IMG/VR virus record: IMGVR_UViG_2534681772_000018
Direction: 5' to 3' (one strand)
From: a virus
Taxonomy: Duplodnaviria > Heunggongvirae > Uroviricota > Caudoviricetes
DNA: 34,178 bases
In this document: piece by piece, positions 1-9,029 of the stretch
Position numbering within the stretch: position 1 is the first letter of the stretch
Layout: every line of letters begins with the position of its first letter
Notes under the pieces: model-generated
The model's database searches: none
Told to the model about the DNA's origin: nothing
What the model saw: only the letters and a program-made list of their open reading frames with translations
Position numbers and translations under genes: made by a program

Positions 1-981
1 TTATAACGTCACTCCGCCTTTTAGTGGATTCAGAGCGACGGCGTTCTGCAGGTAGTCAGGCGCAAGGTGCGCATAGGTCATTGTCTGCTGAATGCTCGCA
101 TGCCCCAGAATCTGTTGCAGTGCAATTATGTTGCCCCCATTCATCATGAAATGGCTTGCGAATGTATGCCGCAGAATGTGGGTTGCCTGATTGGGAGGTA
201 TATCAGGTTTCACTCTGCGTAAAATCCCGCAAAACTTCTCATAATCTACCTTGAACAATTTGGCGCTGGCCTCCTCTTTAACTTTTTTCTCCAGTTCCTC
301 AGAAATCGGCACTGTTCGCTTTTTACCGTTTTTGGTTTTCAGGAAGGTAACCCTGCAACTTGTAATCTGTGCTGGTTTTAGTGTGGCAACTTCCGTCCAC
401 CTTCCTCCAGTGCTCAGACATAAAAGCGCGACAAGTAAGTCATCACCAGTCAAAACATTTAGCAGTTTTTCGATTTCTGCTTTTTCCAGGAACGTCATTT
501 CAGGGTTAGCCTCCGTCAGTGGCGGCAGTCCGTGAATTGGGTGTTGCCCGGAAAATTCATCCAATTGAATTAATTTTGTGAACATGCCGGATAATCGGTA
601 CATGTCGCGGTTTATCGTTGCAGCACTGATGCCATCACGTAGTCGCATGGAGCGATAATCCATCAAAGCCCTTTTGTTCATCCGACTCACTGGTATATCA
701 CCTATGCCGCTGATGGTTTTGAGCAGATGATTAAACTCTTTTGTCCCATGCTCGTGGTTTTGCCCGTGGTATTTCCACCAGATGTCGAGCAATTCTGTCA
801 AAGTTCGGCGGTCTGCTCGCTGGCCTCCCCATTCTTTCTGACTGGCATTGGCGATTGTGTATCGCTCAAATGCTAGTGCTTCAGCTTTTCTTTCAAATTT
901 CCTGCGGATGCGTTTTCCGTTGCGACCGCGAGGTCTAATGTCCACTTCATAGCGACCATCATCGAGCTTCTTAATTGCCAT
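1..981 (-). CDS. int: Phage integrase, tyrosine recombinase (P2 Int-like)
   Basis: ORF 1..1011 on minus strand with TAA stop at 1-3. C-terminal catalytic region HILRHTFASHFMMNGG...GHASIQQTMTYAHL fits the tyrosine recombinase R/H/R/Y pattern. Internal ATG at 981 (MAIKKLDDGRYEV) is preceded by GGAGGG at 7-nt spacing, so 981 is preferred over 1011. First gene of the prophage, next to the C repressor as in P2. Confidence 0.9.
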   Translation of the reverse strand: MAIKKLDDGRYEVDIRPRGRNGKRIRRKFERKAEALAFERYTIANASQKEWGGQRADRRTLTELLDIWWKYHGQNHEHGTKEFNHLLKTISGIGDIPVSRMNKRALMDYRSMRLRDGISAATINRDMYRLSGMFTKLIQLDEFSGQHPIHGLPPLTEANPEMTFLEKAEIEKLLNVLTGDDLLVALLCLSTGGRWTEVATLKPAQITSCRVTFLKTKNGKKRTVPISEELEKKVKEEASAKLFKVDYEKFCGILRRVKPDIPPNQATHILRHTFASHFMMNGGNIIALQQILGHASIQQTMTYAHLAPDYLQNAVALNPLKGGVTL

Positions 982-1050
982 AAGAAAGCCCTCCGGCGCT
1001 GTATTCACCATCTTGGTGGCAAATGGTGAAAATGTAATTTTTATATAGAG

Positions 1051-1344
1051 TTAGCCAATCCTTTTCGCGGAGTGGTTGGATTCTGTTGACTCTGGCCCAC
1101 TGTGCGCGAGAGCCGGTGCGATTTGTCCCGCTTCCGGCGCTGTTTTATCTGTCATGAGCCATAGTGTGTATTTTTGGAACTGAGGTGCATTGGTGACCTG
1201 CAACACAACTTGGATGCCAGGGTCTTGATGGCCTCCTTCGTAATTCTTTAGCGTTCCTAACGCTATGCCGCTGATTTCACTGAATTTTGCTTGAGTTAGC
1301 CCTTCCGATTGTCTTATTGCTCTTAATTTCTGTGCGATATTCAT
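1051..1344 (-). CDS. C: Immunity repressor (P2 C-like)
   Basis: 97-aa ORF divergent from cox and immediately after int; size and position match P2 C (99 aa); contains a conserved-looking block QFQKYTLWLMTDKTAPEAGQIAPALAH that I recall from P2 C. Confidence 0.85.
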   Translation of the reverse strand: MNIAQKLRAIRQSEGLTQAKFSEISGIALGTLKNYEGGHQDPGIQVVLQVTNAPQFQKYTLWLMTDKTAPEAGQIAPALAHSGPESTESNHSAKRIG

Positions 1345-1480
1345 TTGACATAGTCCTGACTTAATGACTATATTCCCCGAAAAAGGTCATTAATCCAGAA
1401 CCTTTTCGGGCGTGAGTCCAGCGCCGCTTAAACGGTTCCAAGCGGTTTTTAAGGGGCTGGATCCTATGAGGGTAACATAG
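1345..1480. promoter_or_regulatory. Divergent early promoter/operator region between C and cox (lysis-lysogeny switch)
   Basis: 136-bp AT-rich intergenic region flanked by divergently oriented C (minus) and cox (plus), the arrangement of the P2 Pc/Pe switch. Individual -10/-35 elements and operators not mapped. Confidence 0.5.
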
Positions 1481-1753
1481 ATGGAAGTTAATGATTATGT
1501 GATTAAGTACCCGCTTGATGCGGTACATGCGGAAAAGTTTGCAGATTTATTGGGTAAACCAAAAACCGCAGTTACAGAAATGATAAAGGCTAACAAGCTA
1601 CCGGTTATCGAGCTTCGAGATCCAAATAAGCCGAAGGCCCGCGCCGGTGAGAAATGGGTTTTCATTCCAGAGTTTAATCGCGCTGTACGTGAGGCGTTTT
1701 ATAACCGACCGGTTGAACAGCGTGATGCATGGCTTTTGTGGATGGGGTTGTGA
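1481..1753 (+). CDS. cox: Cox-like excisionase / early-operon regulator
   Basis: 90-aa ORF, first gene of the rightward early operon; length and position match P2 Cox (91 aa); C-terminal RDAWLLWMGL resembles the P2 Cox tail. Confidence 0.8.
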   Translation: MEVNDYVIKYPLDAVHAEKFADLLGKPKTAVTEMIKANKLPVIELRDPNKPKARAGEKWVFIPEFNRAVREAFYNRPVEQRDAWLLWMGL

Positions 1754-1755
1754 TT

Positions 1756-1926
1756 ATGAATGAGCCGCGTTGTATTGCGCAGTTACTGCGTAACGAAAGC
1801 CCCAGGGCGATTGACTTCACCATCACCCACGGTAAGGGGCGTAAGGGAATCATTATCCGCACCAAAAAACAGAGTCCGTTAAAAAAGGCTCTGAACTTTC
1901 TGAAAAGCCGGAGGGTCTGGAAATGA
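1756..1926 (+). CDS. Small early protein (P2 orf78-like), hypothetical
   Basis: 56-aa ORF from ATG 1756 (MNEPRCIAQ...), between cox and B in the same orientation. Start chosen as the first ATG after the cox stop; the track ORF begins earlier at 1729. Confidence 0.5.
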   Translation: MNEPRCIAQLLRNESPRAIDFTITHGKGRKGIIIRTKKQSPLKKALNFLKSRRVWK

Positions 1927-2423
1927 CAGTGATGACACTTAATCTCGTCGAAAAACAGCCAGCAGCTATGCGCCGGATAATTGGTAAGCATCTGGCCGTC
2001 CCTCGCTGGCAGGAGACATGTGATTATTATAATCAGATGATGGAACGTGAACGGCTAACGGTTTGCTTCCATGCGCAGTTAAAACAACGTCACGCAACGA
2101 TGCGTTTCGAAGAAATGAACGATGTCGAACGTGAACGGCTGGTTTGTGCAATTGATGAATTGCGTGGGGCATTCTCAAAACGCCGTCAGGTCGGTGCAAG
2201 TGAGTATGCATATATTAGTTTTTTAACAGTCAGTCAGCGGCGTACTTTATTTATGCATGCCAGATTGACAGAAAAAGAATTCAACCAGCCATACTGGCTA
2301 ATTAATGAAAAATCATGTTACTGGCGTGATGCTTTATTCCGTGCATTACGTGAATTATTCAGTCTGTTTGAGTATGCACCGACAATTCTGACATCGGTAA
2401 AACCAGAGCAATATCTGCATTAA
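1923..2423 (+). CDS. B: Replication protein B (helicase-loader-like, P2 gpB)
   Basis: 166-aa ORF, same length as P2 B, in the expected position after cox/orf78; start overlaps the upstream stop (ATGA). Confidence 0.8.
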   Translation: MTVMTLNLVEKQPAAMRRIIGKHLAVPRWQETCDYYNQMMERERLTVCFHAQLKQRHATMRFEEMNDVERERLVCAIDELRGAFSKRRQVGASEYAYISFLTVSQRRTLFMHARLTEKEFNQPYWLINEKSCYWRDALFRALRELFSLFEYAPTILTSVKPEQYLH

Positions 2424-2486
2424 GCAATTAACCAGAGTTTTTAACGCACTTAATTGTGCGGGGCTTCTTTTTGCCTGGAGAAAGTC

Positions 2487-2711
2487 ATGCATACAGTTTC
2501 TGAAAATCAGTGCGGTAAATACGCATTACTGCTGCAACAGGCCAGAACCGAAGCACAGGCCGACGCTGCGACGCGCTTTTCTTCTCATCTTGACGCCATG
2601 ATTCGCCACATCACAAAGGCGGAGTTATCCCGCGTGGAGATAGTTGAGCTGCTCAGTCAGGAGTCGGAAAAATTTCACAATATCGGATTGTCTCGCGGGG
2701 AGGTGCTTTGA
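2487..2711 (+). CDS. Hypothetical early protein (P2 orf80-like)
   Basis: ORF with ATG at 2487 preceded by GGAGAAAG; position between B and A. Confidence 0.5.
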   Translation: MHTVSENQCGKYALLLQQARTEAQADAATRFSSHLDAMIRHITKAELSRVEIVELLSQESEKFHNIGLSRGEVL

Positions 2712-3013
2712 TGTCCTGTTCTCGTTCGGTTGTATTACTGAATAACGCCTTAAAAATCGCCGTTATGAAAAATGGTGATTTGTCTCTTATTCAACTTGGT
2801 ATTGATAAAGAGAAGCGCGAAATAACTGAATCTGTTATCACGATTTATCAGAGTGAATTAAACCTCCTGTCTGATGTGGTCAATTTACTTGTTAAACGCG
2901 CTGTATTCCACAAGCAAATTTCCTCAGTGGATGAACTGACAAAATTAACGACAGAACTCGCCAGTTATTGCGCTGATGAATTTAAGAAGCTGAACGACAA
3001 AAGGAGCTGGTAA
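2711..3013 (+). CDS. Hypothetical early protein (P2 orf81-like)
   Basis: 100-aa ORF from ATG 2711 preceded by GGGAGGTG; start overlaps the upstream stop. Confidence 0.5.
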   Translation: MSCSRSVVLLNNALKIAVMKNGDLSLIQLGIDKEKREITESVITIYQSELNLLSDVVNLLVKRAVFHKQISSVDELTKLTTELASYCADEFKKLNDKRSW

Positions 3014-3237
3014 TGCCGGACAACGTGGATTTTATTCAGGAACAACAGGCTGAATTACTGGAGCGCCAGATTAACGCGGCAAGGGTAAAACATTGCGGTG
3101 TTTCTGCGCTGGTTTGCGAAGAGTGTGACGCGCCAATACCTGCTGCCCGTCGTGCGGCTTATCCGTCAGCCACGCGTTGTGTTTCCTGTCAGTCAGTCTT
3201 TGAAGCAAAAAACAAACATTACCGGAGAACGGCATGA
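3013..3237 (+). CDS. TraR/DksA-family C4 zinc-finger protein (P2 orf82-like)
   Basis: 74-aa ORF with CGVSALVCEEC...CVSC four-cysteine arrangement; AAGGAG 7 nt upstream of ATG 3013. Confidence 0.6.
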   Translation: MPDNVDFIQEQQAELLERQINAARVKHCGVSALVCEECDAPIPAARRAAYPSATRCVSCQSVFEAKNKHYRRTA

Positions 3238-3509
3238 GTATTCGTATTGAAATTGGCGAACGTTATGTCGTTACCAGTGACAGCTTTCAGTTTATTCTCC
3301 ACGAGAAAAAGAGAGCGGAAAGCGGTAAAAACGCCGGTCAGGAATGGCTGGCGGTGGTTGGTTATTACCCGAAATTAGGCCAGCTCGTTTCCGGCCTGAT
3401 GCATCACGATATTCTGACCGGAAGCGCAAAATCTTTTGCTGATTTAAACGCGCAGGTTGAGCAACTCAGCAAGCGTTGTTCAGAGGCTTTTGGCTCATAT
3501 GGCCGTTAA
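3234..3509 (+). CDS. Hypothetical early protein (P2 orf83-like)
   Basis: 91-aa ORF with GGAG upstream, overlapping the upstream stop and the start of A. Confidence 0.5.
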   Translation: MSIRIEIGERYVVTSDSFQFILHEKKRAESGKNAGQEWLAVVGYYPKLGQLVSGLMHHDILTGSAKSFADLNAQVEQLSKRCSEAFGSYGR

Positions 3510-5775
3510 AGCCTCCGGGCGTTTTGTCCCTCCGTCAGCATTTACCGCAGGCACCGGTAAGGCGTTTACCGGTGCTTATGCATGGAACGCGCCACGCGAG
3601 GCTGTCGGGCGCGAAAGACCTCTTACACGTGACGAGATGCGTCAGGTGCAAGGTGTTTTATCCACGATTAACCGCCTGCCTTACTTTTTGCGCTCGCTGT
3701 TTACTTCACGCTATGACTACATCCGGCGCAATAAAAGCCCGGTGCACGGGTTTTATTTCCTCACATCCACTTTTCAGCGTCGTTTATGGCCGCGCATTGA
3801 GCGTGTGAATCAGCGCCATGAAATGAACACCGACGCGTCGTTGCTGTTTCTGGCAGAGCGTGACCACTATGCGCGCCTGCCGGGAATGAATGACAAGGAG
3901 CTGAAAAAGTTTGCCGCCCGTATCTCATCGCAGCTTTTCATGATGTATGAGGAACTCTGCGATGCATGGGTTGATGCGCATGGTGAAAAAGAATCGCTGT
4001 TTACGGATGAGGCGCAGGCTCACCTGTATGGTCATGTTGCTGGCGCTGCACGTGCTTTCAATATTTCCCCGCTCTACTGGAAAAAATACCGTAAAGGACA
4101 GATGACCACGAGGCAGGCATATTCTGCCATTGCCCGTCTGTTTAACGATGAGTGGTGGACTCATCAGCTTAAAGGCCAGCGTATGCGCTGGCATGAAGCG
4201 TTACTGATAGCTGTCGGGGAGGTCAATAAAGACCGTTCTCCTTATGCCAGTAAACACGCCATTCGTGATGTGCGTGCGCGCCGCCAGGCAAATCTGGAAT
4301 TTCTTAAATCGTGTGACCTTGAAAACAGGGAAACCGGCGAGCGCATCGACCTTATCAGTAAGGTGATGGGCAGTATTTCTAATCCTGAAATTCGCCGGAT
4401 GGAGCTGATGAACACCATTGCCGGTATTGAGCGTTACGCCGCCGCAGAGGGCGATGTGGGGATGTTTATCACGCTGACCGCACCGTCAAAGTATCACCCG
4501 ACACGTCAGGTCGGAAAAGGCGAAAGTAAAACCGTGCAGCTTAATCACGGCTGGAACGATGAGGCATTTAATCCAAAGGATGCGCAGCGTTATCTCTGCC
4601 GTATCTGGAGCCTGATGCGCACGGCATTCAAGGATAATGATTTACAGGTTTACGGTTTGCGAGTCGTCGAGCCACACCACGACGGAACGCCGCACTGGCA
4701 TATGATGCTTTTTTGTAATCCACGCCAGCGTAACCAGATTATTGAAATCATGCGTCGCTACGCGCTCAAAGAGGATGGCGACGAAAGAGGAGCTGCGCGA
4801 AACCGTTTTCAGGCAAAACACCTTAACCGGGGCGGTGCTGCGGGATATATCGCGAAATACATTTCAAAAAACATCGACGGCTATGCACTGGATGGTCAGC
4901 TCGATAACGATACCGGCAGGCCGCTGAAAGACACTGCCGCGGCTGTTACCGCATGGGCGTCAACGTGGCGCATTCCGCAATTTAAAACGGTTGGCCTGCC
5001 GACAATGGGGGCTTACCGTGAACTACGCAAATTGCCTCGCGGCGTCAGCATTGCTGATGAGTTTGACGAGCGCGTCGAGGCTGCACGCGCCGCCGCAGAC
5101 AGTGGTGATTTTGCGTTGTATATCAGCGCGCAGGGTGGGGCAAATGTCCCGCGCGATTGTCAGACTGTCAGGGTCGCCCGTAGCCCGTCGGATGACGTTA
5201 ACGAGTACGAGGAAGAAGTCGAGAGAGTGGTCGGCATTTACGCGCCGCATCTCGGCGCGCGTCATATTCATATCACCAGAACGACGGACTGGCGCATTGT
5301 GCCGAAAGTTCCGGTCGTTGAGCCTTTGACTTTAAAAAGCGGCATCGCCGCGCCTCGGAGTCCTGTCAATAACTGTGGAAAGCTCACCGGTGGTGATACT
5401 TCGTTACCGGCTCCCACACCTTCTGAGCACGCCGCAGCAGTGCTTAATCTGGTTGATGACGGTGTTATCGAATGGAATGACCCGGAGGTCGTGAGGGCGC
5501 TCAAAAGCGCATTAAAACACGGCCTGAGAAGACCAAACCGTCAGCAAAGAAACGGAAACCCGTTAAAACCACATGAAATTGCACCATCGGCCAGACTGAG
5601 CCGGTCGGAGCGATTGCAAATCACCCGTATCCGCGTTGACCTTGCTCAGAATGGAATCTTGCCCCAGCGATGGGAGCTTGAGGCGCTGGCGCGTGGGGCA
5701 ACCGTAAATTATGACGGGAAAAAATTCACGTATCCGGTTGCTGATGAGTGGTCGGTTTTTTCAATTAAACAATAA
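3499..5775 (+). CDS. A: Rolling-circle replication initiator (P2 gpA-like, HUH endonuclease)
   Basis: About 758-aa ORF from the first ATG at 3499 (track ORF begins at TTG 3457). HUH-type metal-binding motif PHWHMMLF and paired-tyrosine motif GYIAKYISKNIDGY are typical of rolling-circle Rep proteins; position after the early ORFs matches P2 A. Confidence 0.9.
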   Translation: MAVKASGRFVPPSAFTAGTGKAFTGAYAWNAPREAVGRERPLTRDEMRQVQGVLSTINRLPYFLRSLFTSRYDYIRRNKSPVHGFYFLTSTFQRRLWPRIERVNQRHEMNTDASLLFLAERDHYARLPGMNDKELKKFAARISSQLFMMYEELCDAWVDAHGEKESLFTDEAQAHLYGHVAGAARAFNISPLYWKKYRKGQMTTRQAYSAIARLFNDEWWTHQLKGQRMRWHEALLIAVGEVNKDRSPYASKHAIRDVRARRQANLEFLKSCDLENRETGERIDLISKVMGSISNPEIRRMELMNTIAGIERYAAAEGDVGMFITLTAPSKYHPTRQVGKGESKTVQLNHGWNDEAFNPKDAQRYLCRIWSLMRTAFKDNDLQVYGLRVVEPHHDGTPHWHMMLFCNPRQRNQIIEIMRRYALKEDGDERGAARNRFQAKHLNRGGAAGYIAKYISKNIDGYALDGQLDNDTGRPLKDTAAAVTAWASTWRIPQFKTVGLPTMGAYRELRKLPRGVSIADEFDERVEAARAAADSGDFALYISAQGGANVPRDCQTVRVARSPSDDVNEYEEEVERVVGIYAPHLGARHIHITRTTDWRIVPKVPVVEPLTLKSGIAAPRSPVNNCGKLTGGDTSLPAPTPSEHAAAVLNLVDDGVIEWNDPEVVRALKSALKHGLRRPNRQQRNGNPLKPHEIAPSARLSRSERLQITRIRVDLAQNGILPQRWELEALARGATVNYDGKKFTYPVADEWSVFSIKQ
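5350..5369 (+). promoter_or_regulatory. Candidate replication origin / gpA nick site inside the A coding sequence
   Basis: Sequence GCGCCTCGGAGTCCTGTCAA lies within A; from memory the P2 ori nick site is inside gene A with this sequence. Assigned from recollection only. Confidence 0.35.
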
Positions 5776-5976
5776 TGGCTACTGCCGCAGCGTTGTGGGA
5801 ATGCTATAGTGTTTGTAGAATTATCCCATGAAAAACAACTAATTAATCTGTTTTTCATATTGAACTAATTTTTTATGGCCACAGTTGTTAAAAAGTGAGA
5901 ACATAATCTTGTTCAAAACCTGCTTCTATATACGGAGGCTTTCGCTATAATACGCGGTCGGTTTTAGGAGGGGATA

Positions 5977-6921
5977 ATGCCAACAGTAGTTTCACTTTTT
6001 TCTGGATGCGGTGGTTCCGATGCGGGGGTTCTGAGAGCTGGCTTTGATGTGCTTATGGCCAACGATATCTTGCCGTATGCGCGCGATGTTTATATTGCCA
6101 ATCATCCAGAAACTGATTACATTTTAGGCAATATTGCTGATGTAACTACTTTTCCTAAATCTGATTTGCTAGTAGGTTGTTATCCATGTCAGGGATTCAG
6201 CCAGGGTGGTGCGCGTAAGGCCGATCGAAAAATTAATACTCTTTATTTAGAGTTTGCTAGAGCTTTAAACAATATAAAGCCTAAAGCTTTTATAGTAGAA
6301 AACGTGTCTGGTATGGTTAGAAAAAACTTCGAGCATTTGTTATCTGACCAGATCAGGGTTTTTACTGAAGCAGGTTATGCTGTTTCAGCAAAAGTTTTGA
6401 ATGCGGCTGAATATGGAGTAGCGCAGGAAAGAAAAAGAATATTTATCGTAGGAATCCGTAATGATTTCAAAGTTAAGTACGAGTTCCCTCAGCCAACTCA
6501 TGGGCCGGCGACTGGCGTCAACTATGTTACTATTAAAGATGCTATAGGGCATTTACCTGAATGGCCAGAAGGTGAATTTTATGATATGGGGTTCCATTGG
6601 TATTATATGTCTCGCAATCGTCGCCAAGATTGGGATCAAATTTCAAAGACAATAGTTGCTAATGCAAGGCATATGCCGTTGCATCCTATCAGTCCTTCGA
6701 TGGAGAAAGTAAGAACTGATGAATGGAGGTTTGTTGAGGATCGGAGAGCTCGCAGATTCAGTTTTCGAGAGGCAGCACTATTACAAGGGTTTGAGGATCT
6801 AGTGTTTCCCGAAACAAATGCTGCAAGTCTTGGCATGAAATACACGGTGGTTGGTAATGCAGTGCCTCCGCCGCTTTTTGAAGCTGTAACGAAGGCATTG
6901 CCAATAGAATTATGGGATTGA
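5977..6921 (+). CDS. DNA (cytosine-5)-methyltransferase, Dcm/M.HhaI-like
   Basis: 314-aa ORF with the canonical C5-MTase motifs: motif I FSGCGG, motif IV PCQGFS (catalytic Cys), motif VI ENV, motif VIII QERKR, motif X GNAV. AGGAGGGG precedes the ATG; TATAAT at 5946-5951 upstream. Noticeably AT-rich relative to the phage backbone. Confidence 0.9.
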   Translation: MPTVVSLFSGCGGSDAGVLRAGFDVLMANDILPYARDVYIANHPETDYILGNIADVTTFPKSDLLVGCYPCQGFSQGGARKADRKINTLYLEFARALNNIKPKAFIVENVSGMVRKNFEHLLSDQIRVFTEAGYAVSAKVLNAAEYGVAQERKRIFIVGIRNDFKVKYEFPQPTHGPATGVNYVTIKDAIGHLPEWPEGEFYDMGFHWYYMSRNRRQDWDQISKTIVANARHMPLHPISPSMEKVRTDEWRFVEDRRARRFSFREAALLQGFEDLVFPETNAASLGMKYTVVGNAVPPPLFEAVTKALPIELWD

Positions 6922-6928
6922 TAAGCTA

Positions 6929-7924
6929 TTAAGGCTCTGGATTTAATGTATAAAGTTCTTCTTCAAATTCGCGAAACCAATCAGAGGTAGTTATCGCTTC
7001 CCATTGGTTTGCCTTATCAAGTAGATATATGATCCTCAACCTATCTAATAATAATACACCAGCGGTTGCATGTGTGCTTACCCATTCGCCATTTGCTTCC
7101 CGATAGAAAACAGGCGTGAACATTGTTGATGGATGCTGGAAAGCAATTTGGAAATAGGTGGTCAGTTTTAACACGTTAGCCTCTAATGTTTTGCTTGGCC
7201 ACCCTGTTTCTTGTGCACCACATTGACCAAGAATTCCATAGTTGCTAGTTTGACCATCAGGAAATTCCACTGTAGCAATTAGGTCAAACCCAGCATCACC
7301 AGATGTGGGAGCTTTATTTATTTCCCTTGTGTTTAAACTACAAACTCCAAGATCTTTTCCTAAAATTTGTAGAGCATTCCGAAGATTCGTTCCATAATAT
7401 TTTTGCCTATCATCGGAGTTAGCATCAAAAATTCTTACGGTGCCATGTGCAGGTAAGAGAGAAATCATTGCAACTTTACATACTCTGGCAAAGCTCTTTG
7501 CCCAACGTTGTGCTGCTCCTCTAATCGACTTAAAGGATCTAAGTCTAGAGCAACAAAGGAGAAAAACATATATTCTTTGTTGTTGGTTTAGATTTTCTTT
7601 AATAATTATCTCATCACCTGAAATTATAAATGGATATATCTTTCCAAGAGCGCTTTCTCTATATTCGAGTTGTGTCCAAACATCTTCTAGTTGCTCTTCA
7701 AAACGATCATTTCTCTCTGCGTCTCCATCAATTTCTTCTTCAAAATTACATTCTTCATCAATTTCTTCAACACTTGTCATGCCGAATTTTCTTACTGAAT
7801 CTAAATCATTTTTATGCAGAGAGTTACGTCCGATATAATTAATCACCGTGAGTAACTCGGCTAAATCTGCAAACAAATGGGGAGAGTTGGGATGCATAAC
7901 TCCTACTTCAAAAGTCATCATCAC
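6929..7924 (-). CDS. Hypothetical protein (331 aa), second gene of the minus-strand cargo operon; no recognisable domain
   Basis: Long AT-rich ORF whose start overlaps the stop of the upstream ParB-like gene by 17 nt (7908-7924), and whose stop lies 7 nt from the convergent MTase stop. Acidic N-terminal stretch (EEIDEECNFEEEIDGDAERNDRFEE). No Walker, HNH or clear PD-(D/E)xK motif seen by eye. Confidence 0.6.
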   Translation of the reverse strand: MMMTFEVGVMHPNSPHLFADLAELLTVINYIGRNSLHKNDLDSVRKFGMTSVEEIDEECNFEEEIDGDAERNDRFEEQLEDVWTQLEYRESALGKIYPFIISGDEIIIKENLNQQQRIYVFLLCCSRLRSFKSIRGAAQRWAKSFARVCKVAMISLLPAHGTVRIFDANSDDRQKYYGTNLRNALQILGKDLGVCSLNTREINKAPTSGDAGFDLIATVEFPDGQTSNYGILGQCGAQETGWPSKTLEANVLKLTTYFQIAFQHPSTMFTPVFYREANGEWVSTHATAGVLLLDRLRIIYLLDKANQWEAITTSDWFREFEEELYTLNPEP

Positions 7925-9029
7925 CTCTGCTATTTTTCTCTGCTATTTCAGAACCTATAAGCTTAATATGTTTATTGATTCTTCGTGCTACTTCATGAGC
8001 CTGTCTATCATACTCTACTGTGGCAACCATGCCTGCTGCATCTATCAAAGCCGCTTCAACTTGATAAAGTAACTGGAGAAAGTCCTTAGTAATATCAGAT
8101 GTCAATTGGTAGGCCACTGCGAGTGGAGCCCCCATTCGGAATTGCTCCAATGCCTTAGGGCTACTAACAACAGCAGCTAATTCTCTTAAATTACGTGACT
8201 CTCCAACACGAGTTTTTTTATCCTCACCTTTTTTATATAACCACTCAGTTAGCTCTTTTATTTCTTTGTTCTTTAAGCTATTAGAGTTGATAATAGGATG
8301 ACTTGGTATTGTGTCTCCATCGTCTTCGATTGAAACTCCGACAAATTGGCCTAACCGCTCATCAGCAAGTGCTGTTGATAATACTGAAAATTTAATCGTT
8401 TCTTCATCTAGTTTTTCAATACCATAAAAATCATTTTCTTTAATGATTTCATACACCGCTAAAGCGTCTAGGTTACGCTTGATATGATCCCTACGACTGC
8501 CAATAGCTCTGGCAACCTCATAGTAGCGTAGCATCGGATCCTGATTTGCATTGGTATAATCAAAAAGCTGTTTAATATATCGAGCTTTTGATAAGGGCTC
8601 CCATTGTTTGACACCAGTAATATGTCTGAAACCAAGATACGGAAGAATCTCTTCTCTTGTTTGGCGCTCAATGACAGGAACACGATCGACTGTATGTTTT
8701 GCATTTGATGCAATTTCTCGTAGTCGAGCACTTGGATTTTCACATAGTGTCGGATCGCGTAATAATTTAACTGCGGATAGGCGACGGTTTCCTTCAACTA
8801 CAATGTACTTCCCCGGCGCGACACTGTCAGGAATGACAATCAATGGTTCTCCAGGGAAAAAACCATTTTCCGCAATAGCACTCATTAGATCTTCGATAGA
8901 TGTTGAGGTTGCTATGTAGTTAATCATTCCCAATTGGTCACGAGACACGCCTTCAGGAAGTCTTGGGTTTTCTGTGTCAAGTTCCAAATCATCTAGCGGA
9001 ACATAAAGTATTTCTGAATCAGCAATCAT
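7908..9029 (-). CDS. ParB/Srx-like N-terminal-domain protein (ParB-like nuclease/CTPase fold)
   Basis: 373-aa ORF; N-terminal region ...ENPRLPEG...PGEPLIVIPDSVAPGKYIVVEGNRRLSAVKLL parallels the ParB N-terminal domain, including the GxRRxxA arginine patch (compare Spo0J IVAGERRFRAA). GGAGA 6 nt upstream of ATG 9029. No parA partner gene nearby. Confidence 0.75.
   Translation of the reverse strand: MIADSEILYVPLDDLELDTENPRLPEGVSRDQLGMINYIATSTSIEDLMSAIAENGFFPGEPLIVIPDSVAPGKYIVVEGNRRLSAVKLLRDPTLCENPSARLREIASNAKHTVDRVPVIERQTREEILPYLGFRHITGVKQWEPLSKARYIKQLFDYTNANQDPMLRYYEVARAIGSRRDHIKRNLDALAVYEIIKENDFYGIEKLDEETIKFSVLSTALADERLGQFVGVSIEDDGDTIPSHPIINSNSLKNKEIKELTEWLYKKGEDKKTRVGESRNLRELAAVVSSPKALEQFRMGAPLAVAYQLTSDITKDFLQLLYQVEAALIDAAGMVATVEYDRQAHEVARRINKHIKLIGSEIAEKNSRGDDDF

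Noticed and set aside
1-1011. Longer integrase ORF starting at 1011 (MVNTAPEGFLMAIKK...)
   Set aside because: The internal ATG at 981 has a far better Shine-Dalgarno (GGAGGG, 7-nt spacing). The 30-nt extension cannot be excluded, so this is a start-site ambiguity rather than a separate feature.
3476-3808. Alternative-frame ORF overlapping the 5' end of A, and the TTG-initiated extension of A starting at 3457
   Set aside because: The first ATG at 3499 gives the expected A protein N-terminus (MAVKASG...). The overlapping frame has no independent support.
5776-5976. Possible small ORF (MKNN...) or sRNA in the AT-rich spacer upstream of the MTase
   Set aside because: The tiny ORF is only a few codons long and the region is better explained as the promoter/5' leader of the MTase. 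There is no structural evidence for an sRNA.
7440-7842. Plus-strand ORFs 7440..7838 and 7630..7842 with serine-rich translations, antisense to the 331-aa cargo gene
   Set aside because: Low-complexity translation typical of a reverse-frame artefact in AT-rich DNA. They are fully contained within the longer, operon-embedded minus-strand ORF.
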